DNA of 64,000 nt from Candidatus Delongbacteria bacterium (GCA_963663545.1 OY760505.1:3232001-3296000); one strand, 5' to 3'; positions 20,323-29,800 are shown, counted from the first letter of the stretch. Made by a program: numbers and translations. Notes: generated by a model from the letters alone, not told the origin.

Positions 20323-21638
20323 TCCTTATGAAGAAATCGTACTTTGCTCCCGACACAGAACACGTGACGATTGGAGGAGGCCTGCCTCAGGTCTGGCTTC
20401 CGGGGAGCAAAGTATCCATGGTTAGTGGCAGCAGTCTGGGACTGAAGCGTTCGCAGCCCTTGTCGGACGCCATTCTTAAACTCATCTGGGAACAGCGACG
20501 CATCTCGCGCGCCGACATTGCCCGGCAGACGGGACTGGCCAAGTCCACGGTCAGCGAAGTGGTCGGCAACATGCTTAAAACCGACATGGTCTGCGAGACC
20601 GGCACCGGGGCTTCGGGCGGTGGACGGCAGCCGATCATTCTGGAATTCCAGGACGAGGCGCGCTGTATTCTGGGCGTCGAGATCGGCGCCACCCACGTGG
20701 CCGTCGCGCTTACCGATATGCGGGCGCGCATTCTGGCCTGGGCCGAGGCCGATCATCCCGTGCGTAGCGATCCGGTGGGAACGCGCGCGCTCATTGGCCG
20801 ACTCTGCCAGCAGTGCCTGGACAACTGGGGCGGCGAGGCGCATCGGCTGATGGGCATCGGCATCGGCGTGCCCAGCCCCGTCGACCCGCACCGGCCCGAG
20901 GAGCTCTCCGAGGTCGTGATTCCCGCCTGGCAGGGAAAGGTCGGTCTGGGCGCACTGCGCGAGCGCTACATGGTTCCGCTTTACGTGGACAACGACGCCA
21001 ACCTGGGTGCGCTCAGCGAGTACTGGTGGGGCGCCGGTCGCGGCATCGACGATTTCATTTACATCAAGGCGGCCACCGGTATTGGCGCTGGCTACATTCT
21101 GGACGGGCGCATTTACAAAGGCGGCATGGGGTACGCGGGGGAAATCGGTCATTTGGCCATCGATCCCGACGGGAAGCCCTGCCTGTGCGGAATGCGCGGC
21201 TGCCTGGTAACGAAAGTGGGTGCCGACGCGCTGGTGGAGCGCGCGCAGACGCTGTGCGCAGAGGGGAAGGCGGACAGTCCGCTTTGCCATCAGACCCTCA
21301 ACCTGCAGGCCATCGAGCGCGCCGCGCGGGCCAATGATCCGCTGGCCCTGCAGATCGTCAACGAAGCTGCGGAAGCCTTTGGCATCGCCATTGCCGGCCT
21401 GCTGAACGTGCTCAATCCCAGTGCCATTGTGCTGGGCGGCAGCCTGGCCGATCTGGGTCTGCAGCTGCTCGAACCCCTGAAGCGCGCCGTAGAGAGCCGC
21501 ACCATTCTGAGTCGACACGCGCCAACCGTGATCAAAACCGGCCAACTGGGCTCCCAATCGGTGGCCCTGGGTGCCGCAACCCTGGTATTGAAGGAGGCGC
21601 TGGACAATCCGCGTCTGCTTCCCGAACTGAACCTGTGA
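20319..21638 (+). CDS. ROK family transcriptional repressor
   Basis: HTH ISRADIARQTGLAKSTVS; DNDAN; GEIGH and CxCGxxGC; true start may be ATG 20418. Confidence 0.9.
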   Translation: MILMKKSYFAPDTEHVTIGGGLPQVWLPGSKVSMVSGSSLGLKRSQPLSDAILKLIWEQRRISRADIARQTGLAKSTVSEVVGNMLKTDMVCETGTGASGGGRQPIILEFQDEARCILGVEIGATHVAVALTDMRARILAWAEADHPVRSDPVGTRALIGRLCQQCLDNWGGEAHRLMGIGIGVPSPVDPHRPEELSEVVIPAWQGKVGLGALRERYMVPLYVDNDANLGALSEYWWGAGRGIDDFIYIKAATGIGAGYILDGRIYKGGMGYAGEIGHLAIDPDGKPCLCGMRGCLVTKVGADALVERAQTLCAEGKADSPLCHQTLNLQAIERAARANDPLALQIVNEAAEAFGIAIAGLLNVLNPSAIVLGGSLADLGLQLLEPLKRAVESRTILSRHAPTVIKTGQLGSQSVALGAATLVLKEALDNPRLLPELNL

Positions 21639-21645
21639 GGAGCCC

Positions 21646-22485
21646 ATGTTCCGCTTACCCGCTTTGCTCGCCCGGACCATCACACCCCTTTTGTTGACTG
21701 GAGTGGCTATGGCTGCAGTGCCCCGCCCCATGCCCAAGGCTGTTGATGCTGCCCCCACTCAGCGGGAGTGGAACCTGGTGTGGCAGGACGAATTCGAGGG
21801 TCCAATTGATCAGCTCCCCGACGCCAGCCGCTGGGGCTACGACATTGGTACCAACTGGGGCAACAACCAGCTCGAATGGGACAGCGACCGGCCCGAGAAC
21901 GTCAGCCTGGATGGAGAAGGCCATTTGCGTCTGATCGCGCGACAGGAAAGCCTGAATGGTTGCGCTTACAGCTCGGCGCGTATTGTGACACGCGATCTCT
22001 ACGAACCGACGTATGGCCGCTACGAAGCACGCATGAAGTTGCCCGTCGGCCAGGGCATCTGGCCTGCCTTCTGGCTGCTGGGCGCCAACATCGAAGAGAC
22101 TCCCTGGCCCGGCTGTGGCGAAGTGGACATTATGGAGTACCGTGGTCAGCAGCCGCAGATCAACTGGGGCACCGTGCACGGCCCGGGCTACAGCGGCGGT
22201 GGTGGCGTGTCCCACATCTTTGATCTCGAAAGCGGCGGCTTTCATCAGGATTTCCATGTCTTCGCCGTCGAGTGGGGCGAGGACTACATCCAGTGGGAGA
22301 TCGACGGTGAAGTCTACGGTCGCGTGACGCCCTCCGACCTGAACGGGGACTGGGTTTTCAACCATCCCTTCTACATCATCATCAACATCGCGGTGGGTGG
22401 CAGCTTTGTCGGTTCGCCGGATAGTTGCACAAGGTTTCCGCAGACGATGCTGGTGGACTGGGTCCGAGTGTATCAGGAGGGCTAG
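21646..22485 (+). CDS. GH16 laminarinase-like endo-beta-1,3-glucanase
   Basis: WGNNQLE, YSSARI, GIWPAFW, GEVDIMEY. Confidence 0.9.
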   Translation: MFRLPALLARTITPLLLTGVAMAAVPRPMPKAVDAAPTQREWNLVWQDEFEGPIDQLPDASRWGYDIGTNWGNNQLEWDSDRPENVSLDGEGHLRLIARQESLNGCAYSSARIVTRDLYEPTYGRYEARMKLPVGQGIWPAFWLLGANIEETPWPGCGEVDIMEYRGQQPQINWGTVHGPGYSGGGGVSHIFDLESGGFHQDFHVFAVEWGEDYIQWEIDGEVYGRVTPSDLNGDWVFNHPFYIIINIAVGGSFVGSPDSCTRFPQTMLVDWVRVYQEG

Positions 22486-22486
22486 C

Positions 22487-22690
22487 CCCCCCCAATTCCC
22501 CCCCAATTCCCCCCCATTCTTCCCATCGCTATCGGTATCGGTACTCGCTATCGGTATCGAGTCTTTCCCCGCGAGGCGGTCTTGTCGCTAGCAGCTGACC
22601 TTGACTCGGTCTCGGGTTTTCTTCTTTTGTGATACACAGGGAGCGGATGAAAGTCCGCTCTTCTCTTAATCGGTATCGGTATCGGTATCC
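22487..22690. repeat. Short tandem repeats: CCCCCAATTC x~3 and ATCGGT hexamer runs
   Basis: Visible at 22487-22520, 22529-22560 and 22668-22690. Confidence 0.7.
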
Positions 22691-22839
22691 GACTTGGCTC
22701 CGCAAGTCGGCGGGATCGAGGCACTGCCGCACAGCCTACCCTATGTAGCCTATGGACGAAGGCGTGCTACTTTTTAGAACGACGCTGACAGCAGAGTTCA
22801 ATAGCACGACTTCGTCGAGGTCACGTGCGTAGCGCGTGA

Positions 22840-23250
22840 CACGCCTGCGGCGGGCGAAGACAAGTTACTTTCTTTGTCGCGCCAAAGAAAGTAACAAAGA
22901 AAGCGCTTTTTCCCTCCGACCAGAGGACAGTTGACCGCTGGTCAACTGCCGCTGGCGGGTACCATATGTTGGCTGCGAGGCAACGCTCATGTATTCACGC
23001 CTTCGGCGTTCATTCCTGCCCTTCGGGCATTTGGGTGAGCTTGATGTGGGGTAGGGGGGCTGCGTGGCTGAGGAATCGGCAGCCGATTCTTCGTCTGCTC
23101 TTCGACAGGATGCCATTGTATCCTATGGGCGAAGCCGTGCAGATTCGCAGCGCGGCGCAGATGGCAAAGACCTGATGCACGGCCTCGTCGAGGTGTCATG
23201 CGCGAAGCGCAGGACACACTCACACAAGCGCCAAAGGCGCGATCGATCAT
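22840..23250. repeat. Structured REP/MITE-like non-coding element abutting the intI truncation
   Basis: Perfect 13-bp IR GTTACTTTCTTTG-N6-CAAAGAAAGTAAC (22864-22895); several short GC hairpins with TTCG loops; boundaries approximate. Confidence 0.5.
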
Positions 23251-23253
23251 AAC

Positions 23254-23647
23254 CTAGAGCAGCGAGGCCTGCAGACGGAAGACACCCTCAAGGTTGTCCA
23301 GCAGCGACCGGACTTCCTGCCATGAAAGCACAACCGGGATATGCTTTGATGGCTTGGCTTTCGTGAAGCTTGAGAACTCACCGATTTCATGGTGTAGAAC
23401 ATTTCGGTACAGGAAAACGATGGCGCAAAGGGCTTGGGTCTGAGTGGAAAGGGGCCACGCGTTGGTGGACGGCAAGATGGGACAGGAAGTCTTCTACAGC
23501 GCTTGGATTGAGCTCAATGGGATGTTGAAGCTTATTGTATCTCAAGAAACTGAGGATCCAGTGCCAATAGACACGCTCGGTGCTTTCGCTAAGATGCTGC
23601 CTACGGCGTGATGCATGGAACAGGTCTCGTAGTCTTTGTCCTGTCAT
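23254..23647 (-). pseudogene. intI: Integron integrase, frameshifted and truncated
   Basis: N-terminal SAM-like domain (HLSESTERVYWHWI..FLSHLAV..VA), then after a frameshift STQTQALCAIVFLY..IPVVLS..ASLL*; stops just before YGxGLR, so the catalytic domain is absent; divergent from the cassette array. Confidence 0.9.
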
Positions 23648-23685
23648 GTTAACTCCACCCCGTTAAGTACGTAGCTGTTGTCAGG

Positions 23686-23925
23686 ATAAGAGAGTAACAT
23701 GGACAGCTCAAGAACTTGGGCGCTCAGCTAACAAGTTCGATTTCGAGTGTCGGTCTTTCTTGACAAGGATGTGTTTTTCCTTGTTCTACCTATGTAGGAT
23801 ATGCGATCTTAGGTCCGTGCTTGGCTGGATACACAGGAATACAGCAATGCGAACATCGGACATAGCAGGACCAAGAGAAGTGCGGATGGACGGGATAACA
23901 CGGTCCGTTGAATCAGATGTTATAC
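23686..23925 (+). promoter_or_regulatory. Integron leader/attI platform, copy 1 (core GTTATAC at 23919)
   Basis: Lies between intI and the first cassette; GTTATACACAAA is the exact reverse complement of TTTGTGTATAAC at the cassette end; TTGACA at 23760. Confidence 0.75.
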
Positions 23926-23939
23926 ACAAAGAGGGTAGA

Positions 23940-25325
23940 GTGATTAAGGACCACATTTTCGCTGAAAGAACTCAGCAATCCTCGATTTCGAGGAACTCGA
24001 AAAGAGAAGAGTTCCTCAGCGACCGCTCTAGAATTGTCTTTTCATCATCTTTCAGAAGAATGATGCAAAAGGCACAAGTGTTCTCGCTGGAGTCGAATAC
24101 AAGTGTTCGCAATAGATTGACACACTCTCTGGAGGTGGCAGACATTGGAAGAACGCTTACGCGATCACTTGGGAGAGAGTTGGTTCGAAGAAAATTGGCA
24201 ACAACTGACGATGTTGATTGCATGGAGACAATAATTGAAAGTGCGTGCCTAATTCACGATATTGGAAATCCACCATTTGGACATTTTGGCGAAGAGGCAA
24301 TAAAAAGTTGGTTTCGTCAAGAAGCAAGTGATTATGCGAAAAAACATTTTGATGAATTTGATTTGGATGAAGATAGAGATAGACAATTTCATGACTTCTA
24401 TAACTTTGATGGAAATCCGCAAGGATTTAGAATTGTTACTAAGCTCCATTCTGAAAGGGATTATAATGGGCTGAATTTGACATATTCAACGCTACTTGCG
24501 TCAGTCAAGTATCCAAAATCACTGAACATTCCTGCATACAGTGATTTCTATTCAAAGAAAGTGGGGGTCTTCTCAAAAGAAGAGGGCCTGTATAGGGATA
24601 TTTGCAAGAAGACGGGCGTAGTACCTGGAAAACGTTATTTCCTTGTCTACCTTATGGAATTGGCTGACGATATTTGCTATTGCTTGAGTGATATTGCCGA
24701 TGGATTTGAGAAGGGAATAATCACATCAAGAGACTTTAAGCATGAGTTTAAAGAGATTTGCAAAGCTGAAGGTGTCAAATCAGAAGATTTTGTTCCCAAA
24801 GAACCTATTGAGAATTTTGGATTGCAGTTTTCAATTAATCTTGCAAGACGCACAATTTCAGAGGCCATCGAATACGTTTCCAATAACCTGGCGAACTTCA
24901 TTGCCGGAGAGGAACAGGAGATCTCCAAGTCTATTGAAGCCGGTAAAGTGCTGGATTGCTTGAAGAGTTATTCGAGAAAGTTTATATACACAGAGCGCGA
25001 GGTTCAGCGAATAGAAATCGCTGGAAATCAGATTGTCCGTGGTCTGTTAAATCACTACGGAAAGCTTCTTGGGGTAGATGCAGGGCATTTCTCCTACTTC
25101 ATTCAAAAGGGCGGAGTGCCAAAAGGGTCTTCACTCGATACGGAATGGCGAGTATTCAACCAGATTTCAAAGAGAATGTTGAAGATTTACAGATACGAAT
25201 CCAAGAACAAAACAGGGTATGAAGAGTGGTTGTGTAGAGCACGGTTACTTGTGGATTTCGTATCTGGCATGACGGATAATTGGGCTCTAAAAGTATATCA
25301 AAACTTCATGGGGATCAGTCTTTGA
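23940..25325 (+). CDS. dgt: dGTP triphosphohydrolase (HD domain), integron cassette 1
   Basis: SFRRMMQKAQVF, RNRLTHSLEV, HDIGNPPFGHFGE, DGNPQG, ADDICY, DFVSGMTD; GTG start after GAGGG; AT-rich. Confidence 0.9.
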   Translation: MIKDHIFAERTQQSSISRNSKREEFLSDRSRIVFSSSFRRMMQKAQVFSLESNTSVRNRLTHSLEVADIGRTLTRSLGRELVRRKLATTDDVDCMETIIESACLIHDIGNPPFGHFGEEAIKSWFRQEASDYAKKHFDEFDLDEDRDRQFHDFYNFDGNPQGFRIVTKLHSERDYNGLNLTYSTLLASVKYPKSLNIPAYSDFYSKKVGVFSKEEGLYRDICKKTGVVPGKRYFLVYLMELADDICYCLSDIADGFEKGIITSRDFKHEFKEICKAEGVKSEDFVPKEPIENFGLQFSINLARRTISEAIEYVSNNLANFIAGEEQEISKSIEAGKVLDCLKSYSRKFIYTEREVQRIEIAGNQIVRGLLNHYGKLLGVDAGHFSYFIQKGGVPKGSSLDTEWRVFNQISKRMLKIYRYESKNKTGYEEWLCRARLLVDFVSGMTDNWALKVYQNFMGISL

Positions 25326-25331
25326 TTTTGT

Positions 25332-25505
25332 GTATAACAAGAACTTGCAATTGACCCGCCCAGCGTCACGCCGCTTGCACAGGCGCCGCTGAGCTGGCAA
25401 AAGGCCTTCGGCCATTTTGCCTTCAGTATCTTGCTTCGCAAGTCACGGGAAATCGGTGGCAAGCGTCGCGCCACTAGACGGGCAATAGAAGTTTGATCGT
25501 TAGGT
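25332..25505 (+). other. attC site of cassette 1
   Basis: Inverse core GTATAAC; L''/L' boxes ACTTGCAATTG / CAATAGAAGT; internal dyad; core GTTAGGT. Confidence 0.85.
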
Positions 25506-25585
25506 GCATCAGTCTAGATAAGGAGCATTCATCATTCATTGCAATAGCACATTAATCTACTAGGTGTAACTAGGAAGAAGCAGCG

Positions 25586-26926
25586 ATGGCTTTTTGTCAC
25601 ACAGATTTCTGGACTACCAAGCTTGGTGAAGTAGATTTCTCTAGGCTTGGATCGGATTCAATTCAAGTGAAAGGAACCAGGTATCGGCAACCGAACAGGT
25701 GTCTAGAGATTTTTGGTAATACGGTTGATGGGCCTTGGCCATCAGAGGAGATTCCGATCAGGTATAGGAAGCTCAAAGAGGGTGTATACTCTTTGGATCT
25801 AGAGGGTGGAGGACAACTGGAGTTAGGTCCTCAGATACCCCAGCCTCCATACAGTTGGGGAGTATGCGACTCAGAGGTACTTATTCAGAGCTTCTCCTAT
25901 ACAACAAATGCAGTGTTTAGAGTTCTAGATGGCCTAGCGAAAATCAATAGTGTTCCTGCGAAGCAGATCGATGTCTTGCTAGATGAAGTATGCAAAGTGA
26001 TATCAAGGGTATATAGAATTGATAATGGTCATTTTGCCCAATGCATCAATAACAATGTTAATATGTACATTATTTCGAAATCAGTTGAAGCTGTAGTCGG
26101 AAAAGCCGTGTATGATTGCGTAAACCAGGAACCGACACTTGCTAGCAACACACTCTACGGCACACTTCGAGAGTTGCCTAGATATATATGCGCTGACCTT
26201 CGTGAGCAGATTGCACTAGCAATTGGAAGGGGATTTGCGCAATATGAGCATTTAGTGACAGAAAAACCATCAAGTGAAGATATTAGTCATCATGTGTTTG
26301 ATCAAACTGTTGCCTACTCTGGTGGGAGAATATCGATAGATAATCGAAATCACTTTATAGGCAGACTTAATCAAGCAGAAGAAGCTGGAGGAACTCTGAG
26401 ATTGTGTGTAATACTTGATGATGTATCGGAGTCAGTATTTGATCTGTGTTGGATACAGCAAGCTATCATGAAGTATAGTTGTTTAAGCGTATACATATTG
26501 GTGAATGTGTTTCAAGTAAGTATCAATGTTTCTAGTCGATGTTTATCAGAAATGATTAAGGATGATGCATTCCGTGCGTTGAGAGAGTATGTTGGAAAGC
26601 GAGTGTTCATTCGGAAAACAGAGTGCCCGTTGATATCATTCCAGATGACAACTTTTTCGAGTAAAGATATAGACTTAATAAATAAATCAGATATTGTTTA
26701 CGTAAAGGGGTTGAATTTCTTTGAGACATGCCAGATCAGGCACAAAGAAGTTTATTATTCTTTCGTTGTATATGGCCCAACATCACAGCAAATAACAGGA
26801 CTCAATGATTTGGAATCCGTCTTTGCGTTCGTTCCTGCTGGCGAAGTTGGCTACTCACATTCTGCGTGCAAAAGCAGAATAATAACACTCGCTGACAAAA
26901 CAAGACTATGGGGACACGGATGTTAG
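25586..26926 (+). CDS. DUF89/ARMT1-like metal-dependent phosphatase with an uncharacterised N-terminal extension
   Basis: ILDDVSESVFDL resembles the DUF89 DNxGExxFD motif; DIVYVKGLNFFET resembles the DxIxxKGxxNxE motif. Confidence 0.6.
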   Translation: MAFCHTDFWTTKLGEVDFSRLGSDSIQVKGTRYRQPNRCLEIFGNTVDGPWPSEEIPIRYRKLKEGVYSLDLEGGGQLELGPQIPQPPYSWGVCDSEVLIQSFSYTTNAVFRVLDGLAKINSVPAKQIDVLLDEVCKVISRVYRIDNGHFAQCINNNVNMYIISKSVEAVVGKAVYDCVNQEPTLASNTLYGTLRELPRYICADLREQIALAIGRGFAQYEHLVTEKPSSEDISHHVFDQTVAYSGGRISIDNRNHFIGRLNQAEEAGGTLRLCVILDDVSESVFDLCWIQQAIMKYSCLSVYILVNVFQVSINVSSRCLSEMIKDDAFRALREYVGKRVFIRKTECPLISFQMTTFSSKDIDLINKSDIVYVKGLNFFETCQIRHKEVYYSFVVYGPTSQQITGLNDLESVFAFVPAGEVGYSHSACKSRIITLADKTRLWGHGC

Positions 26927-27792
26927 CTTGGTTGATTAAATCAAAAGTGCTCAATTTAGCAGCCGTTGTTGCTTCATTTGGGGTGGTTTTTTTGGTAGTA
27001 CTGCTACTGCCCAAAAACAACGTAGTAGTTGAAGTACTCCTTGGACTGTTTGTTGGTATCATCGTATGGATGATAACACATACATATTTGACATGGATTC
27101 AGAGCAATACAGTTCAGGAGCATTTTGCATTACTTCACGAGATTTTGAACATTTTGCGTGGCAAGACGCTTACGCTCGTTCAAAAAAGGCGAGTTGATCT
27201 ATCTAATGAATTTTATGACGATTTCTTCAAGGGCGCTACAGAGGTGAACGTATCCGGCATTGCGAATATGAGAATTGCGAGTGAATTGGTGGAAAGAGGT
27301 ATTGATCATCCAATAATTAGGCAATTGTTGGGCGACCAACAGACTACAGTGAAGATTTTGCTTACGAATCCTGAGTCGGACTTCGCTCGAGCTCGGCAAG
27401 AAATTGAGGAAGTGCTTGGTACTGGTCGAACCTGCATTAGTGGTATACAAGATAGTATTGAAAAACTTAAGAGCTTAAAGTGTTTTGTTAACGGGCTCGG
27501 AAAACATGGTATAAAGGATGGTAGCAGACTTGTGGTTAAAATGTCATCAGATCCGATGTGCTATGCTATTACGAATGCTGAAGAAGAAGGTGAATCGAAG
27601 CGCATGATGCTTGGAATGGTCTTCCAGCATACTTTGGGTCATAATGCGCCAATATTTCAGTTACCTGATAATCTGCGGACAAATACTGCTCTATACAACC
27701 ATTGTAAGTCCCATTTTAATGCAATGTTTGATAATCCGAATTGCAAACAGTTGCTTGTGTGGGATAGTAATGGAATTGTTATTATTCCATGA
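26920..27792 (+). CDS. 2-TM protein with C-terminal DUF5919/PLD-like fold domain
   Basis: Two hydrophobic N-terminal helices; ATEVNVSGIA and VKILLTNPES; no HKD motif; overlaps both neighbours (alternative ATG 26908). Confidence 0.55.
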   Translation: MLAWLIKSKVLNLAAVVASFGVVFLVVLLLPKNNVVVEVLLGLFVGIIVWMITHTYLTWIQSNTVQEHFALLHEILNILRGKTLTLVQKRRVDLSNEFYDDFFKGATEVNVSGIANMRIASELVERGIDHPIIRQLLGDQQTTVKILLTNPESDFARARQEIEEVLGTGRTCISGIQDSIEKLKSLKCFVNGLGKHGIKDGSRLVVKMSSDPMCYAITNAEEEGESKRMMLGMVFQHTLGHNAPIFQLPDNLRTNTALYNHCKSHFNAMFDNPNCKQLLVWDSNGIVIIP

Positions 27793-28451
27793 TTAGCATG
27801 ATGAATACGAGAAGATCTGCTCAAGCGAGATGCCCATTTTGTAGGATAGTGGACTTACATAACTCAGGAGTGCAATCATTTCAGATAGATGAAGGTGATG
27901 TTGAGATACGCATTCTTGAGGCTACAGATAGACTTCTCTTGATTCCTGATATCTCCCCCGTAGTACCCAATCACCTTCTCATTGTCTCCAGAAAACACAC
28001 CAGCAATCTCTTTTATCAGGATGAGGCTACGCAGAGAGAGCTCGATATTTTGAAGAGTAAGATACGCGAAGTCCATAATGATCGTTTGTGCAAGGAGACA
28101 TTCATATTCGAGCATGGTTCAACAACAAGATCATATACACTAGGGTGTATTACTCATGCTCATACTCATTGTGTTCCACTTGAGCTCTTCACGATTAGAG
28201 AAGTGCTGACAAAGACATTGAAAATCCTTGGCTTGCCAGAAGGCGAACCGGCAAGTAGTACTTTCCTAATGGCTGAGTTTACTCAAGGAATACCCCATGT
28301 TTGGCCAAACGCTAACCACAGTCAGTTCTTTAGGAGACTGATTGCTGATGAGACCGGTAATCTCCGGAGAGCTGTTTGGCAGGCTTGTCTGAGTGAGCAG
28401 CTGATAAGAGAATCACGACTATGGGTGAACAATGTTTCATATACCTTATGA
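27789..28451 (+). CDS. HIT-family nucleotide hydrolase
   Basis: CPFC; HLLIVSRKH; FEHG; HAHTH (HxHxH) triad. Confidence 0.8.
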   Translation: MISMMNTRRSAQARCPFCRIVDLHNSGVQSFQIDEGDVEIRILEATDRLLLIPDISPVVPNHLLIVSRKHTSNLFYQDEATQRELDILKSKIREVHNDRLCKETFIFEHGSTTRSYTLGCITHAHTHCVPLELFTIREVLTKTLKILGLPEGEPASSTFLMAEFTQGIPHVWPNANHSQFFRRLIADETGNLRRAVWQACLSEQLIRESRLWVNNVSYTL

Positions 28452-28523
28452 GAACTCAATTAGACTTACGCTGCATCTCGATAACCTGATAGTCCGATAG
28501 TGATGTTTTGCAGAATCCGGTTT

Positions 28524-28691
28524 CCTGATTGCTTAGCATACTCAGGCAAGTCTGAGTTCTCGTGAAGGCTTCTGTTCAGCACAGGCAGCCATCTTCAGGA
28601 AATCCCACAGAAGCTCTTTGAGATTGAATCGCTGGTTGAAGCGAAACTGAAACAGCCCGAAGTACCGATGTAAGTAGTACCTGATTGCTTA
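28524..28691 (-). mobile_element. IS1595-family remnant (terminal IR plus transposase 3' end, then a second partial IR)
   Basis: Aligns with substitutions to 32956-33110; CCTGATTGCTTA recurs at 28680. Confidence 0.85.
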
Positions 28692-29789
28692 TAGGGGTGC
28701 TCATAAGTTCTGTCCAAGACCCTCTGTTTTTGCTCGGCTGAAAGTCTCATCTTGATGCATGAGACGAGTCATACCACCCAACCCCGAAAACGATAGCCTT
28801 GCCAACATCGAACTGACCATTCGCGCCACAGCCGACAGAGATATGGCCAATCGACTGGCGGTTGTCCGACTGGCCATCAAGGGCCACAGCGAAGAGCAAA
28901 TAGCTGATATCGCAATGGTTAGCACACGTTCTGTTCGACGCTACATCCAGCTTTTCAACGAGGGCGGGATTGATTCCCTTGCCAGCGCAAGCCGTGCTGG
29001 CCGACCGTCGCTCGTCTCAGAGATTGAGGAGGAGATCATCCTCTACAATCTGGATCACCCTGAGTTTGTGGGTGAATCTCACTGGACCCTTTTGAAGCTG
29101 CACGAGCGGATCAAACCGGTCCTGGCGCATCAGATTGGCTACTCCACACTGACCCGTCTGGTGCGCGATGCAGGCTATCGGCGTCTTGTGCCACGGCCCG
29201 AATCGCCCGAACGCGACGACGAGAAGCGCAGAGTGTTTGTAACCGACCTGCATCAATCCCTGAATAATCATGAGGTTCAGGTTTGGTTCATGGACGAGGC
29301 TGGCTTCTTGGCGGACCCAAGGCCGAAGGCCCAGTGGGCGAAGAGAGGCACGAAGCCGGTCTGTCCAGTCACTGGAAAGCACATCCGTCAAAGCTTGATT
29401 GGTGCGATTCAACCGGATACTGGCGAATTCACTACGCTCGTTTTCAGCAGAACGAATGCAGAGGTGTTCCAGGTCTTTCTGGATGAGTTCGACCATCAAA
29501 CCCATGGGCGACCGACGGTTATGGTGCTGGATAATGCTTCGTGGCATCACGCTAAGTGTTTGAATTGGCACAACATCAAGCCGCTCTATCTTCCGCCGTA
29601 CTCGCCAGGTCTGAATCCGATCGAGCGTCTGTGGAAGTACATCAAAGAGCACTGGTTTGCAGGTTGGTACGGTAGTTCTCACGAGGAGTTGCTAGATCGC
29701 CTGGTGGAAGCTGTTACATCGCTCTTCGAAAACCCATCACGCGTCAAGTCTGTATGTCGTGTTTCGGACAGGACTTCTAAGTAGCCCTA
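28692..29789 (+). mobile_element. IS630-family insertion sequence
   Basis: Imperfect IRs GGGGTGCTCATAAGTTCTGTCC / GGACAGGACTTCTAAGTAGCCC flanked by TA. Confidence 0.9.
28759..29784 (+). CDS. IS630 transposase
   Basis: HTH; DDE motifs FMDEAG, VLDNASWH, PYSPGLNPIE. Confidence 0.92.
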   Translation: MRRVIPPNPENDSLANIELTIRATADRDMANRLAVVRLAIKGHSEEQIADIAMVSTRSVRRYIQLFNEGGIDSLASASRAGRPSLVSEIEEEIILYNLDHPEFVGESHWTLLKLHERIKPVLAHQIGYSTLTRLVRDAGYRRLVPRPESPERDDEKRRVFVTDLHQSLNNHEVQVWFMDEAGFLADPRPKAQWAKRGTKPVCPVTGKHIRQSLIGAIQPDTGEFTTLVFSRTNAEVFQVFLDEFDHQTHGRPTVMVLDNASWHHAKCLNWHNIKPLYLPPYSPGLNPIERLWKYIKEHWFAGWYGSSHEELLDRLVEAVTSLFENPSRVKSVCRVSDRTSK

Positions 29790-29800
29790 TAAGTAGCCCT

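Noticed and set aside
20310..21758. Long antisense ORFs (482 aa here, also 14889-15989, 21655-22506, 60987-62204)
   Set aside because: Shadow ORFs opposite well-supported GC-rich genes, with no motifs of their own
22487..22690. Short tandem repeats as a CRISPR or contingency locus
   Set aside because: Units are 6-10 bp, have no spacers, and lie outside any promoter or CDS
23648..23700. LexA box upstream of intI
   Set aside because: No CTGT-N8-ACAG or other recognisable SOS box
23760..23939. ORF-track N-terminal extensions MTRMCFSLFY.. on both the dGTPase and the 29875 ORF
   Set aside because: They are translations of the duplicated attI leader; RBS-supported starts are at 23940 and 30109. 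An attI-spanning leader ORF cannot be fully excluded.
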